From Amoebophrya sp. A120 (taxonomy: Eukaryota > Protista > Dinoflagellata), in contig CAJINV010000010.1 in assembly GCA_905178155.1 (NCBI GenBank), positions 2,472,466 through 2,536,465 on the forward strand: a DNA stretch of 64,000 nt, given 5' to 3'. A program made the translations under genes and the position numbers. This document shows positions 24,472-36,314 of this stretch, one piece after another. Numbering within the stretch: the first letter of the stretch is position 1; every line of letters starts with the position of its first letter. The notes beneath the pieces are model-generated. The model did no database searches. It was not told where the DNA came from and was given only the letters and a program-made list of their open reading frames with translations.

Positions 24472-25640
24472 TGCAAGACAAAGAACTAGAACCCGATCAA
24501 CAGCACGGAAAAGATACAAGGAGAACAACAGTATTAGTAATTACGACCGAAGACAATGTCTCTAGCGAGCGCGCTTCTCTACCCATCTCAGCGTGCTTTT
24601 CTTTGATTCGTACTCGAGCAGGACCCTAAACCTCATGCACGCCTTCCCAGTGCAGGATAGATGATGATGATGATGATACGAATCGTCGCGACGTACGACC
24701 ATGAAGAATTGAATCTTCTTCCGACGCATATCATCTACATCAGGTCCGTTTCCCGAGGGCATGTTGGTGGGCGTTTGCTTAGCGTTGATTGTTGCCGGGT
24801 TTTTGTACTGGCGGCTGGAGAGGGGAAACAAGGCGCTGGATTAGAATTATGGTGCTCAATCAAAGATACTCACAACCGCGAATGAGCAGTCGTTTTATAT
24901 CAGAGTGAAAATTACGATGCTGGTGTAGGAGCAATAATCGTATCCACTTCTGAGTCTCGCAGATTGATGCAGGTAGGGTATGTCGCGTAGCTCTCATCTG
25001 ACCACGCAGTCGCTGTTTTGTTCATCGGAGATCATTTTCATCGATGCGCAGCACCCACTCTACACAGTTTCGGTTGCACAGCTGCGTGCTGCCATCGCAG
25101 TTATTATGTACTTTTCAATATCGGTTTGCCTTTGCCTTGCCAATTAAAAATATAAACCCTTCGTACAACTTGCTCGAATCGGCTTTCGGTCTTGCTCCCC
25201 GTCGCAGCTGCACTCGGTAGTTTCAAATACACAATCGTTGACAAAGTTGGAAAGCACGCCGTTGCATTTTTTCGTACTTTCACCACGTTTGAAAAAAGCG
25301 GCGATTCGTAAAAGGGTGTAACTAAGATCGTTTGATGAACCCTCGTGCAAACATTGAGAAAAATCGTTAGAGTCATCAAAAACGTCGAACCTGAAGGAAG
25401 AACCAATCGCATGAAAATTTTCTTTTCTATACGCTCGTCCCGCGCACCAAACTGAACCTCGCATGGTCCCCCCCTTTTGCTCTACTCGATGCTTTGACCC
25501 CGATCCATTTTCTCCACCTTGTTCCACGACCCTTGCTGACCACATTGAATTCATCTTTTGTTTCGCAAAACTATATCCGAATCTAGGCACAACAAAAAAT
25601 CGGAAAAGTTTTTTCCAAAACAAACCCCCGAACTCCCAAA

Positions 25641-25748
25641 ATGGCGAAGATGATGAAGATGATGAAGGCCGCCGAGCCGGCCCCGGCCATGAAGAAGATG
25701 ATGAAGATGTCCATGAAGATGAAGATGATGTCCATGAAGAAGAAGTAA
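25641..25748 (+). CDS. 35-aa Met/Lys-rich basic micro-protein, copy 2
   Basis: Identical to 15395-15502. It shares ~45 nt of 5' leader (AATCGGAAAAGTTTTTTCCAAAA...CAAAATG) and the downstream stem-loop. Confidence 0.7.
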   Translation: MAKMMKMMKAAEPAPAMKKMMKMSMKMKMMSMKKK

Positions 25749-26472
25749 GTGGCCAACGGACGGGCTGCTCGCTTTTCTGGACGAAATGACATCAATCTAA
25801 AATATGTCATCAACATCTAGCGCTCCCGGTTGTAGTGTAAGTCTGCAGCGGTCGAGCGAATGCTAGAATGAAAACTTTTCCAATGGCACGACATTGACTC
25901 ATTTATGTAGGCACGCTACAGAATGACGTTGTTGCAAGTGACCTGAAGAAAAGAACAAGAAAACTACTACGTCAGCACAGTGCTGTGTCAGCGCGCGGCA
26001 GCGTTGTAGTCCTGTGGAAGAACAACGACTCAGAGACTGGTGACAAACAAGCTCCTTGCCGCATTTTGTTCGTTTTGTTTCTTCAAGGAGGATCCCAAAT
26101 TGAAATTTCATATCAGCGTGATTTTACTAGTAGCTGCGCGTCGGCGGCATCAGGTCTATAGCTGTTTCTTTTTTGGTCGAAGGATGGAAGATCTGCAACA
26201 CTGCACACCGTTCAGAATCGATTCGTGCCGTTTGAGGCGAGCTCAAAAGGAGAAATTTTTACACACTGTGCGAAAAAAAATATCGCAATAAATGGTTCTT
26301 ATTTTCGTAAATTCATTCGCGAATGTCGGACCGGGCTTTGGAGTGCAAACGCTTGTATGGCAGGCTTTGGAGTGCAAACGCTTGTATGGCAAAACATTTT
26401 CTGGTTGTATGCTTCAAGACTATAAGTAGATATTAGTACAAGATCTCACTAGGGCTCGCGGCGCTTTTCGGT

Positions 26473-29400
26473 TTGATCTCCGGCTTCGCTGGTTCCACCA
26501 TCAAGTTCCTGTTGCCCTCATTTGTATCCGGCGGCGGCACAACCGCAAGAGCCTCAACATCTCCGTCGGGGGCGGATGAACAACAAGCCGGAAAAATTCC
26601 TACTCCAGCTAGCACTTCTGTGGCAGGACGACACGACCAAAAGGGGCAGGACGCGTTCCCGTTTTCCACCGAAGCCGCTGGGGAGACGACGACCGAAGTG
26701 AGAAGCCAAGCAAGTTCCTCCGCCACCACAGTCGGGGGTGCTGGAGGTTGTACAACTGCAGCTGGTGCTTCTCCGTCGTGCCCTGCTGAACAACACACGC
26801 CGGATCATCTTGTTCATGTTGACACGGAGAAGTCACCCTGCCCTCGGAACAACGGCCGAGATGATGATGCTGATGCGGCAGTGGTGACCCCACGACTGTT
26901 CTTCTCGCGCACGGCCGAGGACCACAGCGAGGACGAGTGTGCAGCAAGCCACAGTGCTGACGAGCAGGAAAGAGGATATCATAATGGCAGTTTAGTTACA
27001 ACTTCCTCTACACGACCACCGCTGCCCCCACCGCCACCGTACGAATATGTCCAGGCTGCTGGCAGAACAAACCCAGGCTCCGGTGGAGCCGGGGCCGCGG
27101 GTGCTGGTACTAATACTACCGTAGAACTGCGACATCAAGGCGGTGGGCAAACACGCCCGGCCAGCAGCCACAGCGGCATTCAACACGACCGCGCAACGAC
27201 CCAGCTGCCACGAACATCGACCTCGCCGAAGCAAAAACCGTCTGCAGCGCCGGCGCGGAACGACGGCCAGCTGGTGCACGACCACCCGGGCAGCACTTGT
27301 TCTGCGCACGGTCGTGCAGGCGCTCGACCTCCAAAGGGGAGAACAGGAGTAGGTGGAGGCGGAATTATTTTCACTGCGCGCAGAACAACAAGCGAAACTA
27401 CAGGTGGAAACCAAGGAGGCAACCATGTTGGGGTCGCGCAACCACTGTTGAAGATGCCCGGAGGTGGTGGTGGTGGTGGTATTCTAGTTGCCGGCACGGC
27501 CTCCAGCAGTGCAGCCACCCATGATCCACAGCGAGGGCCTCGGGACCACGCCGGAGCGGTAGTACCAGAGGTATCGGAAGGAAAAATCCCCCCTCCCCAT
27601 ATCGAAAAGGGACGCCTCAGAGAATTTGTGATGCTGATTTGTGACCACAAATCGTGTCTGTCTTGCAAGAAAGCAACGGCATGGGCTCCGCGCCAGTATG
27701 CAGGCGGTCTGTAATGCTGTTGGTCCTACAGCATAGAGGTTCCTCATGCTAAGCGCCTAGGCCAAAACCTCTGCGCATGGGCATGATATGGGCTTGCAGT
27801 CTTCTACTGCAAGACAAATCCAGCATCAGAAATTTCGTTTTGATGTGGGGAGGGGGGGTGTTTCATTTTGATAAGAGGGGTCAACTTGCGAGCCATTCGA
27901 TGCCGTGTGGGACCTCATATGCAAGAAAAAAACTGTGTAAGTGTAAATCTGTGATGCAGAAAATGCAAAACTGTTACATTTGTCACGCTTGACATGCATG
28001 ATCGGCTCCCTTCCTAGGTGTTTTCCCTTCCTATCTGCGCATAACAAGTTTTTCCTGTCATGGCAGACAAACTTGTGATGCAGTTTTCCAAAAAGAGTTA
28101 CACTAACACAGTTTTTTTCTTGGATACCTTATTCGGAAATACGATAGTGGACAACTGCTCTCCACCCTTTGTTCGTCCCTTCTTTCGAAGATTGATATGC
28201 GAAAGTGCAGCTTCAATCGCTGTTGCCGTTTTTTAGCCCTGTTGACTTGCATGACAAAGACCTCGTAGCTCAACACTGCGAAGAGGAGCAGCACTACAAA
28301 TCGTTCCCGAGCAGAGGTTTGTGCTGCGGAAGCTACGTTTCAACATCTGCGCGATTGTTTTTAGTTTTTGTTGCAGCTTCTCAAGCTCATACATCGCATA
28401 AGAGTTGTGAGGGACCACGAGAGGGGGAGCTGCAGGTGTCCACTAGGATAAGAAGGATCCCGGAGCGCTACAGGGAGTCAGCGAGGCTTGTCGCGACAAT
28501 TTCTACATCGTGCTGGAGGCCGTCAGGTTCGAGGAAGTTCCCAAGGCTGCTGCAACCTCCAGGGCGGATGAAAAGGAGAACTACAACGGGGAAAAATCTT
28601 CCCGCGTTTGCGTTTCGTTCGGGCTTCTCCGCTTTGCCTCGCCCCGGTTATAGGACCATCGGGACGTGGTTCTTCGCGCGGTGCTATCAAATGCAAGTAT
28701 GTCTGGGTCTGGAAATAACTTGTAATGCCGAGTTGTGAATAGTGAATGCACAGCCAAGCATGAGAAATATTTGCGCGGCTTAGTGTTGCGCTTTCGGCAT
28801 GACAAACTGCGTTTTGCGATGGCAAGCAAGAGGGTTTCTTCTTGGACACGCATCACACACTCTTCAGTCGTGTCAGACAAGGATGACAAACCTTGCATCC
28901 TTCCAGATGACCCAGACATATTTGCAATGCATAGGTGCAGCGGGTGCCGCACAACCTGCAGTTCGCCTCCGCCCGTTTGCGCGACGAGGAGGAGCTTGTG
29001 AGAACCGCTCTCGCAAACTTTGGCCCTGCTCTGGAGTTCGCGTCCGAGCGACTCCAAAGCCTCCGCCCCGTGGTCGCGTTGGCCATCGCCGGGCCCGCGC
29101 TTTTCCGGTACCACGGACACGCAAACGGTCCGTGCGTGCCCATCAGTTTCGCTGCCCCGCACCTGCGGGCGGACCGCGAGCTGGGCTTGGAGGCCGTGCA
29201 GCGGTGCGGTAGGGCGCTGCAGTTTCTCGACTTCGAATTGCGGGATGACGACGAGGTTTGCCAGATGGCGATCGCCGAGGATGCTGGTGCCTTCGCGTTT
29301 GCGTCCGACAGATTTCGGGAAGCGTATGAAGAAAGCCAGAAAACGGCGAGCATCTTGGCTTGGGCGGTCACGGGGGTTGCGTGCTTGCTCGGCGTCGCCG

Positions 29401-32400
29401 CGGTGACTCTGGCTCTTTATCAAAAGGAAAAATCCCCCCTCCCCATATCGAAAGGACATCCATCCGAAAATTTGTGATGCAGATTTGTGGCCACAAATCC
29501 TGTCTGTCTTGCAAGCAGCGGCATTCACGCTGTCCGCCACGTTATGCAGGCGATTTGTAATGCTGTAAGGCCTACAGGGTAGCCGTCTACCATGCTAGAG
29601 GCCTACACCAAAAGGCTCCTACCTAGGCTTAAGATCTGCGCGCAGTCCTCTACTGCAACACAAATCTGCTCTGTGTACTCAAATCCAGCAGCAGAAATTT
29701 CGTTTTGATATGGGGAGGGGGGATTTTTTCTTACAATACTCTTGTAGTGGTGTTTCATTTCCTGCTGGCGCGAGGACCCTGCAGTTGTTGTTGTTGGCGT
29801 ACTAGAGCGACGAGAAATTATTGCGCGGAAGAGAACTACGATGATGAAAACGGCGCCTGTATAAGTTCTAGTTCCGGCGGCCAAGTAGAAGGACCAGCGG
29901 ATGATAATTTGCTACTCGGACCACGAACAAAAGGCGCAGGTGCACCAGCAGCCGATCCAGCACTGCAAGAGTCTGGCAGTGCACCACCACCAGGGGCGGA
30001 CCACGACAGTACAGGACGACCGGCCCCCGCTACAACAAGAACTACTACGGCAAGCACTATCCGCCCACCAGCCCCGGTTGCAGCCGCCGCCGGGAAAATA
30101 CTAACGAAGATCCGATTTGATAAAAAACGCCGGCGGTTCGTTCGGGTGCACGGGTGCCTCCAAAGGCAGCAGAAGCAGACAAAAAAGGAGCGGAAGATTT
30201 TATTTCCGAATAGTACTTCATCTAAAGCGGTGACGGGTTGTAAAAGTAAAGATGCACTTGTTCCTCGTCCCGCCCGGCCCGCGCCACCGCAGCCGGTGTT
30301 TCGCACCGCCGAACACGCGCCCGCTCGGGTCCGGGTCTATGAGGCTCTGGAGCGAGGTTCCGGGGGGCCGGCGCGCGGACGCTGCTTCGAGATTATCAAA
30401 TGCAAATATGTCTGGGTCTGGAAGGTTGGAAGACTTGTCATGCAGGTTTTCCACGACGCGTGAGGTCTGTCATACATGACCCAGCATGACAGATTCTCCC
30501 CGACCTCTATCATGCCTCGTCTGCATGAGAAACCCCCTCTCAGCCTGGTCAAAAGTGGACAGCTTTTGGTAATCACGCAACACAGATTTTTGCACTATCC
30601 AGAATTAGCATGACAAGTTGCCTTCTTCCAGACCCACACATATTTGCAATGCATAGAGATCCGGATGGCGCAAGACGATCCGGAAGTTTTGCCGGCGGAA
30701 ACGCTGGCCGCGAAAAGGAGATTACTGAAGCAGGAGCAGAAGTGGCAGTATCAAATGTAAAAATGTCTGGGTCTGGAAGAGTGCATGTTTGTCATGCTTG
30801 TCTGGCATGATTCTCAAATCTGTCATGCACGTTACCCAAGAACGCCATTTTTCTGTCATGCAGAAACGCAGTTTGTCATGCAGAATAGGCAACTACACCT
30901 AGAAGCTCAAAACTTGTCATGCTGAAACAGCACTTGTGGCCTGCTCATGATATGCCACCCAGCATCACAAGTTTCCAGACCCAGACACTTTTGCAGTTGA
31001 TAGGCAGGAAAGTCGAGCAAGAACTCCCGGTGCAGCCGCGAGGACCATCCTGTTATCCTGTGCAAAAGTATCGTATTCGTATTGCAATCATGCATTACAA
31101 ATTTTCTTGTTAAGTCAAATCCGCATTACAAATTTTATTTCTAATGCTAAGGAAATTTGTAATGCATTTATACGAGTACGATACTTTTGCAATCCATACC
31201 TGTGGCAGCCGCACGAATTGGTGCAATTCCAGTCGGTATGGATTGCAAATCTGTCTGGGTCTGGAAAGTTGTGATGCTAAAATGCGCATGACGAAAACGC
31301 TCCCTCATGCAGGAGAGCATGACAAGTTATTCGCAGAACGCTTCCTCATACGCGCTCCGCATGAGAAACTGCGTTTTTGTATGACAAGCGAGGCTGTGAC
31401 TTTTGTGGGTCATGCAATACAGATCTCACAGGAATGCAAGACCAGCATTACAAGTTCCAACTTTCCAGACCCAGACATTTTTGCATTTGATAGTCGGTGC
31501 GCCCGGGCCAGTACGCGCGTGCGCTCAGCCTGGTGGACCAGGATCAGGAAGCGCTGCAGGAGGCCTGGCAGCACCTCTGCCAGCTGCAAGGGGCCGTTTC
31601 CGTGGTCGACCACGGGGACGAGAGCTTCGTCGGCCACGTGGGCGGGGGCGAAGAGATTTATGGTTCCCAGTGGTCAGATATGAATTGCAAATATGTCTGG
31701 GTCTGGAAATCTGTGATGCTGAATTGAGCATGATTGAAGCGCTTTCAATGGCAGCCAGGCATGACAAGTTTTAGAGGCGCCTGCTGATGCCTACCACGCA
31801 ACACAAATTGCGTTTTTGCATGACAAAGCAAGCTCCTCTTTTGCTGCTCATGCAACAGAGATTTTCCAGGAATGCAAGACACGCATCACAAGTTCCACTG
31901 TTCCAGACCCAGACATTTTTGCATTTGATATCAGAGCCGAGATCTATTTCTCGCGGAGGTGGTGTAATTGCTGTCGAGAACAGTGGTTGTAGTACTAGGA
32001 CTAGCCCCCGCGGCTGCCGGGGGAACACGAAGAGCACTATCCTGAGTAAAAACGTCCCCACACCAGAGTCAAGGTGGAAAATCTGCTAGACAAATCTGTC
32101 AGCTTTTGCTGTTGCGCATGACAAGTTTGGCATCGTGGTGTAATCCTGTTTAGCTAGTTCAGAAGCATTACAGATGAAGCATATCATGCTGATTCTAGCA
32201 TGACAAGTTCCCAAATACGAATAGAAAATGCTTCTTATGGGGCTCCGCATGACAAACGTTTTTGGCATGCAGATTTGCATTACAACTCTGGGGTGGGGAC
32301 GTTTTTACAAATGATAAGCACTGCGTCTACTTCATCGACGATCAGGGACGATGTGGAAGTAGTGGGTGGCGATGACGAGCAGAGCAAGCAGCCTGTGTTT

Positions 32401-32484
32401 GTGGAAGAGAAGCGTACAGCTCCCGCTGCAGTGGATCCTGTAGGCAGAAGTAGTTGTACCTCTGAAATAATTCAAAACATTTAA
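26473..32484 (+). CDS. DUF4116-repeat membrane protein, 12 coding segments; true start uncertain; one in-frame TAG at 28651
   Basis: Typical repeats ALQGVSEACRDNFYIVLEAV, LQFASARLRDEEELVRTAL, LEFASERLQ, FAAPHLRADRELGLEAVQRCGRALQF and a TM segment ILAWAVTGVACLLGVAAVTLALVVVF. The frame is continuous after removing introners starting at 27572, 27918, 28140, 28685, 29418, 30394, 30749, 31054, 31237, 31679 and 32038. Confidence 0.7.
27918..28126. mobile_element. Introner family F and relatives (representative; ~175-240 bp)
   Basis: TIR TAT(G/C)CAAGAAAAAAACTGTGTAAGTGTAA. Copies at 21613, 55069, 56424 and 60375. Related minor families start at 23726, 44336, 45719, 55303 and 63239. Confidence 0.85.
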
Positions 32485-32794
32485 TTGGCCTAGGGGGTAA
32501 AGTCAATGAAAAAGAAAATGAAATAAAGCGCCCACCTCATATAGTCTGATAATCGTTTTCTTTTCACGATAGTTGTATATTTATTGTCATTCTCAATTTC
32601 TAGTAACGCGAAGAAGAAGTTTGCGCTATACGACCCCAAAGAATTCTTGACGGATCATAGATAGTTGTACCCCTAGTATTTGATAAGCTTCCCATGATCA
32701 TGTTTTGACGTTTTGCTCCGCCATTCCAGTGATATACCAGTCGATTTGTAGTATAGAGTCAGTCCGAAGTAAAAGTAAATTCGCGTGCACGACC

Positions 32795-33748
32795 ATTTGT
32801 AGTCGGTAATCAATCGTTGCGTTCGGGCCCGGGGGGGCGACAGCCCCCCCGCCCCCCCGGGCCCGGCGAACCCGCTTCCCATTTGCGAAGCAAGGAAGCG
32901 ACGGCGGATGACCTTACGGGGGATCTAGATGGAACAAAGGGGCGCCCCCCAAAGTGGGGCAGTAGCATCGAGGGAAGGGCTTGCTAAGCTGGAACCGGGG
33001 TCGGCCGCGTGGGCGGCCAAAAGGTGCGCCAAAAACGCAGCCTCCCACCGGGGGAAGGTGCAAAAATGACGATTTTTGCGTCCATAGGCGCATTGGTATC
33101 CGAAAAATGCGAGTTTTTTTATGTCGCGAATCCCCCCGGTACGCTTGCGAAAAAGTAGCGAACTTGGGCCCTCCGTGGGTCCGCAGTAGCATCGTCTTTC
33201 GCAAGAAAAAATTGAAAAAATGAAAAAAAAATCGCCCATTTGTAATGGGCCTTGCGCTCAATCCGAAATTTGTCTTGCCGCCAAACACGGCGGCACGCTG
33301 AAAACTTAGTCAGCGTATAGTCGTGTTTAGAGGTGTAACGTTTTGCCATTTCCGGGACGGAGGCCTCCGCCTGATCAAGCGGAACAGCATCGCGTTTGAG
33401 GTGCAAAAGCGCCCTCCGCAAAAATGCAAAAAATGAACGAAAAAAAGCCGACACGAAAATGAGCAAAAATCACGCGCCCGCCATACCGTGCGGGGTAACA
33501 TTAGGCGCGACGGTATGGCGCGCCAAAATTTTTGGATTCTCGCGCGACCGCCCCCGCGCAGCCCGTGCACCGCCCGACCCGCCCCTTGAGGGGGCGGCCG
33601 AACCCGAGCCCGGCCCTCGGCTCAAGAAGAAGGCTTTGCGCCTCCCGTTTTCGCGCGGCCGCCGAAATGCGCGCGTCGCGATTTTTGCTTTGCAACACGA
33701 AGAACGCAACGATTGATTACCGTATCGCCCGACCGGGCGCGGAATTCA
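32795..33748 (+). mobile_element. Non-autonomous insertion with subterminal IR and 3' hairpin, flanked by a 43-bp direct repeat
   Basis: Direct repeat 32752-32794 = 33749-33791. Perfect 21-bp IR at 32804-32824/33702-33722. Terminal TATCGCCCGACCGGGCGCG..TTCA. A-tract-rich interior with no credible ORF. Confidence 0.75.
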
Positions 33749-34474
33749 TATAGAGTCAGTCCGAAGTAAAAGTAAATTCGCGTGCACGACCTATGTGAGT
33801 AGTTTGTTTGTTAGTACATACACATGGCAGTAAACATAGTATGAGAGGACCATCATGGGAAGAGCTGCAAGACCGTGCATCGCACGAGACGAAGTGAGAA
33901 CAATCTTTGCTGCATCAAGGAGCCGCTGCATTCTAGAAGGCTGTGTAAAATAGAGAAGAAGATGAACTACCAGTTGCTTTATCCCAGCCTCACGATAGTA
34001 CTGTTCGCAAATGCCCTCGGTTTTATGCATCTGATAGTACGCCCCTATGTTTATCGGTACGACTTCTCGGTGATCAAGATGATCTACGGTGTGTTTAATA
34101 GGTACTTAACACGCCAGCTCCTTCAAGCTCATCATCGGTCGGGCCTGGAACTGGGTTCCTGCGACATCATTTCGGAAAATTTCTGTGTCGAGTCTGTCTC
34201 CTCGTGACATGATTCCTCAATCGGTTCATCGATAGTAGAGACTCGGTTCTGCAAAAACTCTTGTATTCAGCGACTCGGTTTGCCTTGTCACAACACGGAT
34301 AGATGACGTCCTGTGGAATGTCTTGTATTTGTATTAGTTTGATGTTCAATAATGTCGGTGTGTTGATCTTCTGTAGCTCATGCATAGATAATTGTGATAC
34401 TGCTTCTGGTCTCTATCGACGACTTCAATTCGCGTTGCAAAGCGTATAATTCGCGCGTTATAAAAAATCTGAAT

Positions 34475-35401
34475 CGACGCAAACGCAGCGCGAAGGCTTT
34501 GCCGTTACCATATGGGAGGAACTCGGGGGTATGCAATCACTCGCAAAGTCGGGCATGTCCAATGCGGTTTTGCCGCCAGAGAGTGGATTTCGGAGAAGTT
34601 GGCTCATTTTTTGAAAAAGTAGAGAAATCTGCGCAGGCAGATCGGGGAGAAGGTTAAAAAAAGGACTTTTCCGGCTCCGCCCGATCTGATTCCGAAGAAA
34701 GAAGCCCGATGATTGGACGGCGCCCGATGCTATGGCGCGTTTGGTAGCAGAAATTGCGTCACGTGCAGGCCGCCGCGGCCGATCTGTATCCAAAAAAAAG
34801 AACAAGGAAAAACGCACTTTTTTACAGAATATAATGGGCCCAAAAAATCGACCGATTTTGTGCAGTGCCCAAAAGCCGATAGACATCCAAAATACAGCTT
34901 TTTTTGGAAAAATGCAACACCCGATCTGAAATGGCCGGTAAAAGACGGCTTTTGAATTTGTCACAGGCTTAATGCCGTCGTGATTGAAGGAAAAAAATCG
35001 CGTGTAGATCCTGCGGGGGTGTGTCACACGAGCACGATTCTCGTCCTCTCGGAGGTTCAAAGCGGAACCCCTTCCCCCGACTGGAAATGGCCGATTTGGG
35101 CGGCCTTAAAGGGCCGCCGAAAATGACAAAAATTGTGGAACTTTTTGAAATTTGCGTATTTCTGCTGGATAGCATGCCCTCGTGCATAAGATTATGCGCG
35201 GCGGAGTGCTGCTTGCCAAAAAACGCAGTCTTTTGCGCGCCCTTGCTTCCTGGTTAGAGGATGAGAGCGCGGCCCGAAGCGGGCTGCAGTGTTGGACCGC
35301 GGCCCTAACCAGGAAGTCAAGGGATGCGCGGTAGCCTTCGCACTGACTGGGGTGGTTCGCACGCTTTTGGTTACCAATATCGCCCTCCGGGCGCGACCTT
35401 C
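34475..35401 (+). mobile_element. Related non-autonomous insertion flanked by a ~72-78 bp direct repeat
   Basis: Direct repeat 34397-34474 ~ 35402-35473. It has the same terminal motif TTACC..TATCGCCCTCCGGGCGCG..TTCA as the 32.8 kb element. Confidence 0.7.
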
Positions 35402-36314
35402 ATACTGCTCTCTATCGACGACTTCAATTCGCGTTGCAAAGCGTATAATTCGCGCGTTATAAAAGATCTGAATGATCTCGTTCTCGACAGTCCACTCTTT
35501 TTACGCACAATATACTGTAACACTCATGTAAAATTTTCCCTCCGTTTATGGTCCTCTTGCATCGGGCCGCCCAGCATGTGGGCCCCCCTCGCCCGTTGGA
35601 CTAAAATGAAATTGATGATTCAATATTTATTTTTACACACCTCCACGACCCTACAAACATTCATCCCTCACTTGATGAAGATGCGCTCTTGCTGCAGGTC
35701 GTGGCCAGTGGTTTCTTACTGATTGATATCAATTGCAAATATGTCTTGGTCTGGAAACTTGTGATGCAAGTCAGGGATCAATGCGCGCACTGCAATTTTC
35801 TGCCAAGCATGACAAGTTTTCCGTGGTTCTGAGTTGCGTACTCTGCATGAGAAACCTCGTTTTTGCATGTGAGGCGAGGGAAGCTCTTTGCGGCCACGCA
35901 ATACAGAGCTCAGAGTCCTGCGAGACGCGCACGACAAGTCTCGCAACCTTCCAGAGCCAGACATTTTTGCATTTGATACTCCTCTCCTGCAGGCCGCGGC
36001 GCGACAGGCGGGAAATCTACCGCTTCTTTCCATGGCAAGGAGAAGTCGTGTCACTTAAAAAAAAATGTGAAGAAGTACAAGCTGGTCTTCTTCTATGGAG
36101 AGAAAAAAGCTTGTCATAGTCACTGGCTTGCAGTTTTTGCATGAGAAATTTTTTATGCATCACAGGTTTTTCTTGTATTGCACAACTACATAGAGATGAA
36201 ATCCCATATAAAATTAGACTGTGATGCAATTTTACGCATGACAGAAATTTTTGTATTGCAAAAATGCGCATGAGTGATCGTGACGAACTTTTTTTGTTCC
36301 ATATCTTCAGCAAG

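Noticed and set aside
33792-34396. AT-richer segment as a viral or foreign gene remnant
   Set aside because: Only short ORFs without recognisable motifs are present, so it cannot be supported without a search.
32795-35401. IS200/IS605 or Fanzor assignment based on the TTCA ends
   Set aside because: No TnpA, TnpB or Fanzor ORF is present, and those elements do not create long target duplications.
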